From positions 4,104-68,103 of the forward strand of contig JAWKVC010000013.1 of the NCBI GenBank assembly GCA_041398245.1: DNA of 64,000 bases, written 5' to 3'. The notes under the pieces are model-generated. The model searched no databases. It saw only the letters and a list, made by a program, of their open reading frames with translations, and was not told the origin of the DNA. The DNA comes from Hyphomonadaceae bacterium (GTDB taxonomy: Bacteria > Pseudomonadota > Alphaproteobacteria > Caulobacterales > Hyphomonadaceae). The position numbers were made by a program, and so were the translations under genes. Each line of letters opens with the position of its first letter. Positions within the stretch are counted from its first letter, which is position 1. Of the stretch, positions 1-9,717 are shown one piece after another.

Positions 1-126
1 TCCCTGATCGTTTCTGTTTTCTTCTTTCTGGATCGCACAAGGCGGTTGCAAGGGCTAGCGTCGCGCCGCGTGTTGCGACAATAGAATGCAGGCGACGCCG
101 CACTGCGGCATCCGCGGGGACGAACG

Positions 127-633
127 GTGGGCAAGGTCACGATCATCGACGCAGGCGAAGCGCATCTCGCGGGCATCACCGCGATCTTCAACCATGCCGT
201 ACGCGAGACCTTCTCGATCTGGTCGGAGACGGAAACCACGACGGAGCAAAGGCGCAGCTGGATGACTGCCCGCAGGCATGCGGGCTTTCCTGTGCTCGTG
301 GCGGTTGAGCCCGAACACCCCGAGACCGTGCTTGGCTATGGCAGTTTCGGCATATTCCGGGACTTTCCCGGCTATGTGAAGACGGTGGAGCATTCGGTCT
401 ACGTCGCGCCCGGTGTGCAGCGGCGTGGCATCGGCCGGGCCATCCTCGCGGAGTTGATCGCGCGGGCCCGGGCGCTGCGCGTCGAAACCATGATCGGCGG
501 GATCGACTCGGCCAACGCCGCCTCCATCGCGCTGCATCAGGCGGCAGGCTTCGAGATCCAGGGCACGCTGAAGGGCGTCGGCCGGAAGTTTGGCCGCAAG
601 CTCGATCTCGTCTTCATGGTGAAGACGCTCTAG
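127..633 (+). CDS. GNAT family N-acetyltransferase (phosphinothricin/amino-acid acetyltransferase-like)
   Basis: 168-aa ORF with GTG start. VYVAPGVQRRGIGRAILAELI fits the GNAT acetyl-CoA pocket (Q/R-x-x-G-x-G/A). Its TAG stop lies in a CTAG (630-633) shared with the convergent gene. Confidence 0.85.
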   Translation: MGKVTIIDAGEAHLAGITAIFNHAVRETFSIWSETETTTEQRRSWMTARRHAGFPVLVAVEPEHPETVLGYGSFGIFRDFPGYVKTVEHSVYVAPGVQRRGIGRAILAELIARARALRVETMIGGIDSANAASIALHQAAGFEIQGTLKGVGRKFGRKLDLVFMVKTL

Positions 634-1575
634 CCCGCCAGAAGCTGAACCAGCATCAGGGTCGCAGGAATGAGTGGCGAGATGAGCGGCGTGGTCAGCA
701 TTATGATGTTGGCCATCAGCCGCGCATCACCTCCAAGCGCTACGAGCAGGATGTAGGACGAGGTCGCCACCGGCGCCGCCACGCAGATCATGGCGATCTG
801 CAGCGCCATCACCGCCCAGACCGAAGACGTTTGCCAGCCCGAAAGTGACCGCGGGCATGACGCCAAAACCGCAACATCCACACGCCGGCGGCCAGCGGCC
901 ATTTCTTCCCGCATGGCGCGGAAATCCGGCACTTGGCGTAACGCAGATAAGACCAAGCGAAATCGTCGCGTCGCCCAGCAAGGTTGAGCGCCTGCGACCA
1001 GCTGGACGTACGCTGCCGCGCCCAACTGGATCAGCACAATCGCCAGCAGCGTCGACAGGATCAGCGGGTTTGTGGCGATCAACGAACGGCGCGCTGCTCG
1101 AACAGCCAGCCCATCGATCCTGCCGCGCGCGAGCACCAGAACGCTGAGCACATTGTTGATCAGCACCAGCACGGCGGCCCACCGCCGCTTCAGACCAATT
1201 CCCTGCTCTCCGAACAACCCCAGAAATGACGCCCAGCGCGACATAGCGTTCCAGCGAAGACCGGCCTGGAAGACGCTGGAGAATTGCGGGCCCATTGCTC
1301 GCCAGCACCGGACGCCAGCGTGATCAGCGCCCCCATCCCGATCACCGTGCCGGCCAAGAACCTGTCCCAGCACCAGGCATAGTCCCCGGCGAACGAGCCT
1401 CCATGATGCTCATGAACATCAGTGGCGGGAAGAGAACGAAGTAGGTAAGCCGTTCCGGCGCACGACCCCAGCCCTCGGCCTGAAGCGAGTTCAGCGCCGC
1501 AATACGGCAGCCCAGAGCGATCAGCGTAAAGACGGGACAGTCGAAGAGCCGTCGAGCTGGCGACGCTACAGCGAG
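630..1575 (-). pseudogene. AEC (auxin efflux carrier-type) family permease, multiply frameshifted
   Basis: Pieces of one AEC-like permease lie in three minus-strand frames: FDCPVFTLIALG, ERLTYFVLFPPLMFMSI, FAGDYAWCWDRFLAGTVIGMGALI, PQFSSVFQAGLRWN...LINNVLSVLVLAR, LLGDATISLGLICV, MPAVTFGLANVFGL. The C-terminus AAPVATSSYILLVALGGDARLMANIIMLTTPLISPL looks intact. At least five frame changes are needed to join them, and the start is not identifiable. Confidence 0.7.
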
Positions 1576-1660
1576 TCAGCGCTGCAAATCGAGCCGACCG
1601 GACGCGGTCAAGCGCCGTTAACCAAATCGGCGGCAGACTCATGGAGGAGTCCCGTCTGCC

Positions 1661-3132
1661 ATGCAGGCCTTTGATCTCATTGTCATTGGGTCCGGCCCGG
1701 CAGGCAGGCGCGCGGCCGTGCAGGCTGCGAAGCTCGAAATCCGTGTTGGTGATCGAAAAGAGGGCGTCGCGTCGGCGTAACGATCTGCGTCCACACCGGC
1801 ACAATCCCGTCCAAGACGCTGCGCGGAAGCGTACTCAATCTTTCCGGGTGGCGCGAGCGAGCTTCTATGGCCGCGCCCACCGCAACAAGCAGACAATCAC
1901 GACCGAAGACCTGCGCCACCGCCTCTCGATCACACTCGACCACGAAGTCGAGGTGCTGGAGCGCCAGTTCGCCCGAAACGGCGTCAGCTGGGTGCGTGGC
2001 GCGGCGCGCTTCATCGATGATCCGCTGCACATCGCGGGTGAATGCGGGAAACCGGCGAACAGCGCTTCACAGCGCAACGCTTCATCATCGCGGTCGGCAC
2101 GGAACCATACCGCCCGGCGCACATTCCGTTCGATGGCGACGCCATCCCCCTCGGCCAGACGAAATCTCGATCCAGGCCGCCTGCCACCCCATGCCGCTGA
2201 ACATGTCGGCGGCAGCGTCATCGGCATCAGGTATGCGACGATCTTCTCTGCGCTCGATGTGAAGGTGACGGTGATCGATCCGGCCGAGCGCATCCTGTCC
2301 TTCGTACGACCGCGAGCTGCGTGGACGAGTTTGTCCACGAGCTGCGCGACCAGGGCGTCAGCCTGCGCCTGGAAAGCAGGTCAAGCGCGTGGCCGCCGCA
2401 CCGGACGCCTGCCTGATCGGAGCACGGATGTTGTACGCCAGATCTGGAGCGAGATGGTGCTGTTCGCCGCCGGACGCAAAGGCGCGACGGATGCTAGAGC
2501 TTGAGAATTGCGGGTTGGCCACGGATGAGCGTGGGCGCATCGCGGTAGACCAAACCATTTCCGTACCAAGCAGCCGCATGATCTTTGCCGTGGGCGACGT
2601 CGTTGGCTTCCCCAGTCTCGCCTCGACCTCGATGGAGCAGGGCCGCATCGCTGCCTGCCACGCCTTCGCAGCGCCCTCGCAGGCGCCGCCCGAATTCTTC
2701 CCTTATGGAATCTACTCCGTGCCCGAGATGTCGATCATCGGCATGACGGAGGAGCAGGTCCGTAGCAAGGCGATCCCCTACGAGTGCGGCATCGCCCGCT
2801 TCCGTGAGACAGCGCGCGGCCACATCATGGGCCTCAACTCGGGTTTCATGAAGATGATCTTCGCACAGGAGACGCGCCGGCTTCTGGGCGTGCACATTGT
2901 GGGTGAAGGCGCGACAGAGCTGATCCACATCGGACAGGCGGTGCTGAATCTCGGCGGCACGCTCGACTACTTCGTTGAGAACACATTCAACTATCCAACG
3001 CTGGCCGAGGCCTACAAGATCGCCGCGCTGGACGCCTGGAACCGCATGCCACGCCGACAGCCCAGCGTTGCTGTTCAGGAAGACGCCATGGCGGCCCTTG
3101 AGCGCTTCGCAAAGGCGGCGCGCGGCGGCTGA
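1661..3132 (+). pseudogene. sthA: Soluble pyridine nucleotide transhydrogenase (SthA/UdhA-like flavoprotein disulfide reductase family), N-terminal two thirds shredded by frameshifts
   Basis: ATG at 1661 gives MQAFDLIVIGSGPAGRRAAVQAAKL (FAD GxGxxG). Later pieces are scattered over all three frames up to about 2495: KSVLVIEKR, CVHTGTIPSKTLRGSVLNLSGWRER, ITTEDLRHRLSITLDHEVEVLERQFARNGVSWVRGAARF, RFIIAVGTEPYRPAHIPFDGDAI, GGSVIGIRYATIFSALDVKVTVIDPAERILSF, DEFVHELRDQGVSLRL, MVLFAAGRKGATDA (at least seven shifts). From about 2495 to the stop at 3132 one frame is uninterrupted (LENCGLATDERGRIAVD, AVGDVVGFPSLASTSMEQGR, HIVGEGATELIHIGQAV, NYPTLAEAYKIAALDA). Confidence 0.8.
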
Positions 3133-3133
3133 A

Positions 3134-3493
3134 CTATTTCACCAGCTTGGTATCGCAGTCCTGGATGATCAGGGCATAGGCGCCGCCATCACGCGGCATC
3201 TCTGCCCTGAACGGCGCTTCGCACTGTTCCATCTGCAGTTCGACCAGAGCCGGCGCTTCGCCTAGCTTGACGGTGATGAACCAGCTCACGCCGGGCGGAT
3301 TGAGATGCCCGTAGCCGTCCCACTCAACCCGGCCATCAACCGTCAGCTTGAGCTGGCGGCCAGCATAGTTGCCAAGGACTTCGATCTTGGTCAGCGTCGG
3401 CACAACTGGCGGCCGATCCGGGGTCTGCGCCATCGCCGCGCCAGCAAGCGCAACCAGCGCAGCGCCCATGACAACAGCCCTAGCCATTCGCAT
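3134..3493 (-). CDS. Small secreted hypothetical protein
   Basis: Probable start at [23 protein letters not shown] (signal peptide), immediately after the fbp stop. No family recognised. The longer 147-aa ORF would overlap fbp. Confidence 0.55.
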   Translation of the reverse strand: MRMARAVVMGAALVALAGAAMAQTPDRPPVVPTLTKIEVLGNYAGRQLKLTVDGRVEWDGYGHLNPPGVSWFITVKLGEAPALVELQMEQCEAPFRAEMPRDGGAYALIIQDCDTKLVK

Positions 3494-4466
3494 GCAGTCC
3501 CTCCAGCCGCTCGACCTCTTCCTTCGAGCCGAGCATGACAGAGACCCGCTGATGAAGGCCAGCGGGAATGACATCAAGGATGGCCTGCTTGCCGTCGAAC
3601 GCCTTGCCGCCCGCCTGCTCGCACAGCATCGACATCGGGTTCGCTTCGTACATCAGGCGCAGCTTGCCGGGCTTGTTCGGCTCGCGCTTGTCCCACGGAT
3701 ACATGAAGACGCCGCCGCGGCTGAGGATGCGGTGAACATCCGCCACCATTGAAGCGATCCAGCGCATGTTGAAGTTCTTGGCGCGGGGGCCGGTCTCGCC
3801 CGCGAGGCATTCGTCGACATAGGCACGCACGGGATCGGCCCAGTGGCGCATGTTCGACATGTTGATCGAGAATTCCTTGGTCTTCGCCGGAACCTGGATG
3901 TTCGTTCCGGTCTGCACCCACTGGCCCGTGGGCGGGTCCATCGTGAAGGCGACAACGCCCGAGCCCAGCGTCAGCACCAGCGTGGTTTGCGGACCATAGA
4001 CGCAATAGCCGGCGGCCACCTGATTGCGTCCCGTCTGCAGGAAGGGCGCAGCGCCCTCGCCGCCTTTCGCTGGCAGCACGGAGAAGATGGTGCCGATTGA
4101 AACATTCACGTCGATATTGGACGAGCCGTCGAGGGGGTCGAACAATAGTAGATAGGGGGCGCCGGCCGTCATGGGCCTCGCGTCTTCCTCTTCCTCGGAA
4201 GCCGCGCCGGCGACAACGCCCGACGCCTTGGCCATCGCCATCATCTCGTCATTGGCCAGTACGTCGAGCTGCTTCTGCTCCTCGCCCTGCACGTTGCCCG
4301 TTCCCGCCGAGCCCAGCACATCCGCCAGGGCGCCACGCGAGACGAGATAGGAAATGGTGCGGCAGGAATCCGAGATGGCTTCCATCAGGATGGCAAGCTC
4401 GCGCGGAGCGGGATTTCCGTCTCCTTTCGGGTCAGCGAGAAATTCGCGAAGCGTGCGCGCCGTCAT
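3480..4466 (-). CDS. fbp: Fructose-1,6-bisphosphatase class I
   Basis: 328 aa. [24 protein letters not shown] and [21 protein letters not shown] are FBPase class 1 signatures. Confidence 0.95.
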   Translation of the reverse strand: MTARTLREFLADPKGDGNPAPRELAILMEAISDSCRTISYLVSRGALADVLGSAGTGNVQGEEQKQLDVLANDEMMAMAKASGVVAGAASEEEEDARPMTAGAPYLLLFDPLDGSSNIDVNVSIGTIFSVLPAKGGEGAAPFLQTGRNQVAAGYCVYGPQTTLVLTLGSGVVAFTMDPPTGQWVQTGTNIQVPAKTKEFSINMSNMRHWADPVRAYVDECLAGETGPRAKNFNMRWIASMVADVHRILSRGGVFMYPWDKREPNKPGKLRLMYEANPMSMLCEQAGGKAFDGKQAILDVIPAGLHQRVSVMLGSKEEVERLEGLHANG

Positions 4467-4542
4467 GTCGTGTCCCTGCTCAACCGATTCCGTCCGGCCT
4501 GCTTAGCCGGACGGAGCCGCGATGCACAGAGCGGACCTCGTA

Positions 4543-4722
4543 TCAGCCCGCCACGGCGCCGTTTCCGGCGATGATTTCGCCGGCGAACACCGTCGGCACG
4601 ACATCTATCTTCGCGGTATCGGGACCCAGCTCCATGGGTTTCGGCTCTTCTTTCGGCGGATCGCCGCACGCCGCCAGCGCAAGCGCCGCGCAACCGCCAA
4701 GCAGCCCCAGGAACCGCTTCAT
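4543..4722 (-). CDS. Small lipoprotein, hypothetical
   Basis: MKRFLGLLGGCAALALAACG has a lipobox (LAAC). GGAGGAA Shine-Dalgarno lies just upstream of the tandem ATGs at 4720-4725. Confidence 0.5.
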   Translation of the reverse strand: MKRFLGLLGGCAALALAACGDPPKEEPKPMELGPDTAKIDVVPTVFAGEIIAGNGAVAG

Positions 4723-4889
4723 CATTTCCTCCGGACTCAATTGCTCGTCGGCACCCTAACGAGCGGGGAAGCCCCAACGCCAGAAGAAATTAACCAGACG
4801 CGCGATACGATTCGGCGTGGAGTACCTTTCGGATGAAAGCGCTCGCCGCGCCGATCCGACACGCGCATGCTGCATGAAGGCAGGCGAAG

Positions 4890-5174
4890 ATGATCAGGTG
4901 TCCGTTCTGTTCAGCTAGTCTTTCTCGTAACGCGATTGCGTGCCCCGAGTGCAACGCGCGCCGCGGCTTCGAGATGTTTGGTCCGACGCCCGATCGCCCC
5001 ATCATCGCCTGGCTGAAGGGCCTGTTGCTGCCGGTGGTCGCCGTGCTGGCCTGCGCAGTCGGCTTCGTCTACAAGCCGTCGCCGATCTGGTTTGCCGCGG
5101 CCGGGTTCGGACTTTTTGTCGCCGCCCTCGGTGTTCGAAGACTGCTCGAAGGCTCGCGCTGGTTCCATTATTGA
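4890..5174 (+). CDS. Zinc-ribbon membrane protein, hypothetical
   Basis: 94 aa. N-terminal CPFC...CPEC zinc ribbon followed by two hydrophobic helices. Confidence 0.55.
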   Translation: MIRCPFCSASLSRNAIACPECNARRGFEMFGPTPDRPIIAWLKGLLLPVVAVLACAVGFVYKPSPIWFAAAGFGLFVAALGVRRLLEGSRWFHY

Positions 5175-5229
5175 CCGGTTTGCGGCGCCGCAACGGCATG
5201 CTGCCATGCGCGGCAAGCTGTGCTAGATA

Positions 5230-6183
5230 TTGGTCATGCCAGCAGTTTCACGTGTCGATCCGAAGACCATTTTCACGCCCGAGGAATGGGCCAGCGTTTC
5301 CAGGCAATCCGCCTGGGTCGGACCTGTGCTTGTGCTCAGCGCATGGGCCGTGATCATCGGCGCCGGGGCCCTCTTCATCCTGTGGCCCAACCCGTTGACC
5401 TATGTAGTCGCCGTCATGCTGATCGGCACGCGCCAGCTTGGCCTTGCGATCCTTGAGCACGAAGCCGCGCATGGCACGCTGCATCCGAATGTGAAGTTCA
5501 ACGACTGGATGGCGGAGTGGCTGTGCGGCGGCCCGGTCGGCGGCAGCCTCAAGCGCTATCGCCCCTACCATCTGACTCACCACAAATACACCGAGCAGCC
5601 GGAAGACCCTGACCTTGTCCTGTCCAGGCCGTTCCCGGTCACCCGGGCGTCGCTGTGGCGCAAGTTTGTCCGCGACCTCACCGGCCAGACCTTCTTCAAA
5701 CAGCGCATCCGGCCAACCATCGACCGGCTGATGGGCAAGAAGCGCAAGCCGCCGCGTGTCCCCGACAGGCCCTGGCTGCGCTTCTGGATTGCACAGGCGG
5801 TGATCTTCGGCGCCACAACAGCACTGGGTTACTGGTGGGCGTGGCTTGCTCTCTGGATCGTGCCGATGGCGACATGGTTCCCGTTGGTGACGCGCCTGCG
5901 CTCCATGGCCGAACATGCCATGGTCAACACGCAGGAAGACCCCTTCACGCACGCCCGGACGACGCTCGCCAATCCGCTGGAACGGATCTTCATCGCGCCA
6001 TTCTGGGTGCACTATCACTGCGAGCATCACTGCTTCATGTATGTGCCGTGCTACAATCTGGAGCGTACGCACAAGCTGCTCGTGAAGAAGGGCCTTGGAT
6101 CGCGCATGCGCATCACGAAAGGCTATGTCGAGGTGCTGCGGCGCTGCGGGTCCAAAGCCAGCGCAGCGCCCGCCGCCGCATAA
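5230..6183 (+). CDS. Membrane fatty acid desaturase family protein
   Basis: Three histidine boxes (HEAAHG, HLTHHKY, HYHCEHH) with N-terminal TM helices. TAATG stop/start overlap with the downstream TetR gene. Confidence 0.9.
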   Translation: MVMPAVSRVDPKTIFTPEEWASVSRQSAWVGPVLVLSAWAVIIGAGALFILWPNPLTYVVAVMLIGTRQLGLAILEHEAAHGTLHPNVKFNDWMAEWLCGGPVGGSLKRYRPYHLTHHKYTEQPEDPDLVLSRPFPVTRASLWRKFVRDLTGQTFFKQRIRPTIDRLMGKKRKPPRVPDRPWLRFWIAQAVIFGATTALGYWWAWLALWIVPMATWFPLVTRLRSMAEHAMVNTQEDPFTHARTTLANPLERIFIAPFWVHYHCEHHCFMYVPCYNLERTHKLLVKKGLGSRMRITKGYVEVLRRCGSKASAAPAAA

Positions 6184-6812
6184 TGGCCCGCGCCAAAGCG
6201 ATCAAGCAAACGCGTCCTTATGGCGAAGAAACGCACGCCCTGATTCTTGAGGCGGCGGCGAAGCTGTTTGCAACGCGTGGGCTTCATACGGTGTCAATGC
6301 AGGACATCGCGGAGGCCGCCAACGTTTCGCGCGCCACCGTCTTCAACCAGTTCGGATCGAAGCAGCTGGTGCTTGATGCCATCACGGCCCGCTCACTCGA
6401 GGCCTATTGCGAGTTGTTGCGCGCGGCTCTCGCAGACAAACGCGCCTCGACACCCACCCTGCTCCGCCGTCTGTTCTCGCAGATGGGCAAGGGGATCGAG
6501 ACCAACCAGAGCCTCTATCGCGAAGTCTTCTCGGAGATCCGCAAGATATCGATGGGGCTGGATGGCGAGGGCGCTTCGCCAGCGCTCCGGCGCACAGCAT
6601 TCGAGATCCTTACCGCGATTTTCGAGCGGGGACGGGAACGCGGCGACATATCACACGACCAATCCCCCGAAGTGCTGGCGACGGCGTTCGACAGCCTGCT
6701 GTCAGGGGCGGTCGTCCAGTGGCTTCACGACCGTCGGAGAGGCAGCCTCCCCGCCCTGCTGGGTTCTCTCATCAACGTCTTCCTCGACGGCGCCGCGCGA
6801 CCACCGCGCTAG
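6183..6812 (+). CDS. TetR/AcrR family transcriptional regulator
   Basis: N-terminal HTH ILEAAAKLFATRGLHTVSMQDIAEAANVSRATVFNQFGSK. Translationally coupled to the desaturase. Confidence 0.9.
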   Translation: MARAKAIKQTRPYGEETHALILEAAAKLFATRGLHTVSMQDIAEAANVSRATVFNQFGSKQLVLDAITARSLEAYCELLRAALADKRASTPTLLRRLFSQMGKGIETNQSLYREVFSEIRKISMGLDGEGASPALRRTAFEILTAIFERGRERGDISHDQSPEVLATAFDSLLSGAVVQWLHDRRRGSLPALLGSLINVFLDGAARPPR

Positions 6813-6927
6813 CTTCACGGCGAAGTTATCGCCGCCATGATGGTCCTCCTTGCTCGCACCCAAGATTTAGACTGTAGTCCATTTTATCCAGCACACTCCA
6901 GTGGTTGGAACCGGGAAGAAACGCCTG

Positions 6928-9036
6928 ATGATAGGACGTCCTGTCCGGAAAGGGAGGCAGGCCGGGCCGTCGGCCTGCCTCCTGATTCCGGCCCTCCTCG
7001 CTTTCTTGTCATTGCCCGCGCCCGCTCAGGCGCAGGACCGGCCAACGTCCGCGACGCAGAGCTATTCGCAGGACTATTTCACGCCGTTCAATCCGGTGAC
7101 GGCAGAAGACATGATCAAGCGCGTGCCCGGCTTCTCGCTGAACGCCGGCGAGGACCGGCGCGGCTTTGCCGGCGCAGCCGGAAACGTGCTCATCAACGGC
7201 GAACGCCCAAGTTCGAAGACCTCGCTGAGCGAACAACTTTCCCGCATCTCCGCGCGCGATGTTCTGCGCATCGATATCTATGCCGGCGGCGGCGAAGGCA
7301 CCGACGTCAGCGGACAGACCATGGTCGCGGATGTGCGCCTGCGTCCGCGCGAGGCCGGAGCGACGAACACATTCGTCGTCCAGGCCAGCCAGCTCGATCC
7401 CTCAGGCAGCATCAATCCGCTTATTGTGCTGACAAGCGGCTTCAAGGTCGGCGACATCAATTTCAATGCCGCCCTGCAAGCTCAGCCCTCCCGCCGCGGG
7501 CGGATCGAGTACCAAAAGGAAACGCGCGATGGCGCCGGAGCGCTCGTCTCCGAAGGCGAGGAATTCCTGCAGGGAAGCTACTGGGAATACAAGCTGAGCG
7601 GACGCGCGAGCTGGAAAGCCAGCGAGAACGACTCGTTCAATCTGAACCTGCAGGCGACGCCCTCACGCGACGGACGCCACACCTTCTCGGAAACATACAA
7701 TCCTTCAGGCGCGCTGACGCAGATCGACGACAGCAAGGTGACCGGCGACGACGCCTGGGCGCTGGAGGCTGGCGGCGACTGGGAGCACAAGCTGTCGCCC
7801 GACACCTCGTTCAAGCTGATCGGCCTCGCCAGCGGCCGCCACACCGGCTCGTCCGAACGGTACTCAACGCAGTACATTGCCGGAGGCTTCCGGAACACAT
7901 TCATCGAGCGAGCGGCAGACAGCGGCGAATACGTTGCGCGCGGCGTGATGTCGTGGAAGCCGGTGAAGGAACACGCCATCGACTGGGGCGGAGAAGTCGC
8001 CTTCAACTATCTCGACAGCGCCCTCGATATCGAAGTGCAGACACCGCTTGCGATCATCGATGCAACCCCACCGATCGCGAATACGCGCGTTGAGGAAACC
8101 CGCGCTGAGGCCTTCATCAGCGACGTCTGGCAATTTGCCGAGGTCCTGCGCATTGAAGCCGGCCTGACGGTCGAAACCTCGACCATCAAGCAGACCGGAG
8201 ACGGCGCGCAGGAGCGTGACTTCACCTATCTGAAGCCGCGGCTCGGCGCGACATGGTCAGTCGATGGCGCCAACCAGCTGCGTTTCCTGCTGGAGCGCGA
8301 TGTCAGCCAGCTGGATTTCTCCGAATTCGCCAGCGCGGTGTCGCTGTTCGACGGCACGGTTGACCTCGGCAATCCCGACCTTGAACCCGAGCGCACCTGG
8401 CGGACGCAACTGGAATGGGAACACAGGTTTGGCCCCAAAGGCGTTGTCACGCTCTCGGCGTTCCATGACGATGTGGAAGCTGTTCAGGACCAGATTCCGA
8501 TCGCCGGCCTGTTCGACGGGCCCGGCAATCTCGGCGACGGACAGCGGACCGGTCTGCGCCTCGATGCCACAGCGCCGCTGGATGCGATCGGGCTTTCGGG
8601 CGGAGAGCTGCGCCTCAAGGGGATGGCGCAGGATACACGCGTCACCGATCCGGTAACCGGCGAAAAACGTCGCTTCTCGGACGAAGGGGACTGGAGCTAC
8701 TCCATCGACTTCCGCCAGTCCCTGCCTGATCTCAAATTGGCCTGGGGCGCGCTCTACGAACGGGCGGACGAGGTCGATCAGTACCGGCTTCGCGAACTGC
8801 GCACCACGGGGTGGGACGAGGCCAATCTGGACCTCTATGTCGAAACGACAGCCTTCGAGGGCCTGCTTGTTCGCTTTACCGTGGCGGACATCTTCCGGCC
8901 GCTGGAAGTGCGAGAGCGCCGGTTCTTCACGCCCGACCGGGGGACAGCGGCCCCACCCTCTTCGATCGAGACGCGCGCGGCCGCCGGCGGCTACGGCACG
9001 CGATCCTACGGCATTCGCGTATCAGGACGGTTCTAG
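6928..9036 (+). CDS. TonB-dependent receptor
   Basis: Signal peptide ending LPAPAQA, plug motifs (GAAGNVLINGERPSSK, LRIDIY), long beta-barrel region and terminal ...IRVSGRF. The start could be 6901 or 6928. Confidence 0.9.
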   Translation: MIGRPVRKGRQAGPSACLLIPALLAFLSLPAPAQAQDRPTSATQSYSQDYFTPFNPVTAEDMIKRVPGFSLNAGEDRRGFAGAAGNVLINGERPSSKTSLSEQLSRISARDVLRIDIYAGGGEGTDVSGQTMVADVRLRPREAGATNTFVVQASQLDPSGSINPLIVLTSGFKVGDINFNAALQAQPSRRGRIEYQKETRDGAGALVSEGEEFLQGSYWEYKLSGRASWKASENDSFNLNLQATPSRDGRHTFSETYNPSGALTQIDDSKVTGDDAWALEAGGDWEHKLSPDTSFKLIGLASGRHTGSSERYSTQYIAGGFRNTFIERAADSGEYVARGVMSWKPVKEHAIDWGGEVAFNYLDSALDIEVQTPLAIIDATPPIANTRVEETRAEAFISDVWQFAEVLRIEAGLTVETSTIKQTGDGAQERDFTYLKPRLGATWSVDGANQLRFLLERDVSQLDFSEFASAVSLFDGTVDLGNPDLEPERTWRTQLEWEHRFGPKGVVTLSAFHDDVEAVQDQIPIAGLFDGPGNLGDGQRTGLRLDATAPLDAIGLSGGELRLKGMAQDTRVTDPVTGEKRRFSDEGDWSYSIDFRQSLPDLKLAWGALYERADEVDQYRLRELRTTGWDEANLDLYVETTAFEGLLVRFTVADIFRPLEVRERRFFTPDRGTAAPPSSIETRAAAGGYGTRSYGIRVSGRF

Positions 9037-9055
9037 AACTCAGCCGGCTACGACA

Positions 9056-9081
9056 AGGGCCGGACCTTGCGGCCCGGCCCT
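9056..9081. terminator. GC-rich hairpin between convergent genes
   Basis: AGGGCCGG...CCGGCCCT 8-bp stem (alternative GGGCCG/CGGCCC with 7-nt loop). No clear T-tract. Confidence 0.4.
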
Positions 9082-9103
9082 GCACATACGCGCCGAAGCG
9101 CAA

Positions 9104-9637
9104 TCAGAACGTGAAAAGACCCGACACGCCGAACGAGTCGAACTCGCCGTCATCCGGTTCGTACCGTGTGTATTCGAGCCGCAGCTTCGTGAAAGGGATG
9201 AAGCTCAGCATGACGCCGCCGCCATAGGCGAGACCTGACCCGTCCTCCGCCGCTGAGCCGAAGCCACTCGCCGACGCGCTGACGGAAAGATTGGCATAGC
9301 CGGCGCGCGCAAAGATATCGCCGACAGCAGGGATGGGCAGCACGCCAACGGCAAAGACACCAAACTCATTGTCGAGACCGACATCCACCGTCGATCCCAG
9401 CACATCGAAGCTCTCGTCCTGCACGCCGATCGAGAACTCGCCTTCGATGCCGAAGATCGGGCTGGACTTGTAACCGATGCGGCCCATGAGGGCACCAAGA
9501 TTGATATCGCCCGCGCTGCCGCCATCGGCCTGGAATACGGTGTAGCCCACGCCTCCATAAAGTTGAGCGGATGCAGCGGGAGCCAGAAGCGCGGCGGCGC
9601 CCATGCCGGCGGCCATAGCCAGAAGTCTGCTTTTCAT
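9104..9637 (-). CDS. Small outer-membrane beta-barrel protein (OmpA-like/porin family)
   Basis: Start at MKSRLLAMAAGMGAAALLAPAASA (signal peptide), alternating beta-strand pattern, C-terminal ...GVSGLFTF. The upstream part of the 341-aa ORF is Arg-rich non-coding-looking read-through. Confidence 0.8.
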   Translation of the reverse strand: MKSRLLAMAAGMGAAALLAPAASAQLYGGVGYTVFQADGGSAGDINLGALMGRIGYKSSPIFGIEGEFSIGVQDESFDVLGSTVDVGLDNEFGVFAVGVLPIPAVGDIFARAGYANLSVSASASGFGSAAEDGSGLAYGGGVMLSFIPFTKLRLEYTRYEPDDGEFDSFGVSGLFTF

Positions 9638-9717
9638 GTGCAGTCCCCAACAAGACGCCGCCCGTTGCGGCGCGCCGATCCTGCAGACAATCGCCACCGC
9701 CCGCAAGCGTGGCGCGA

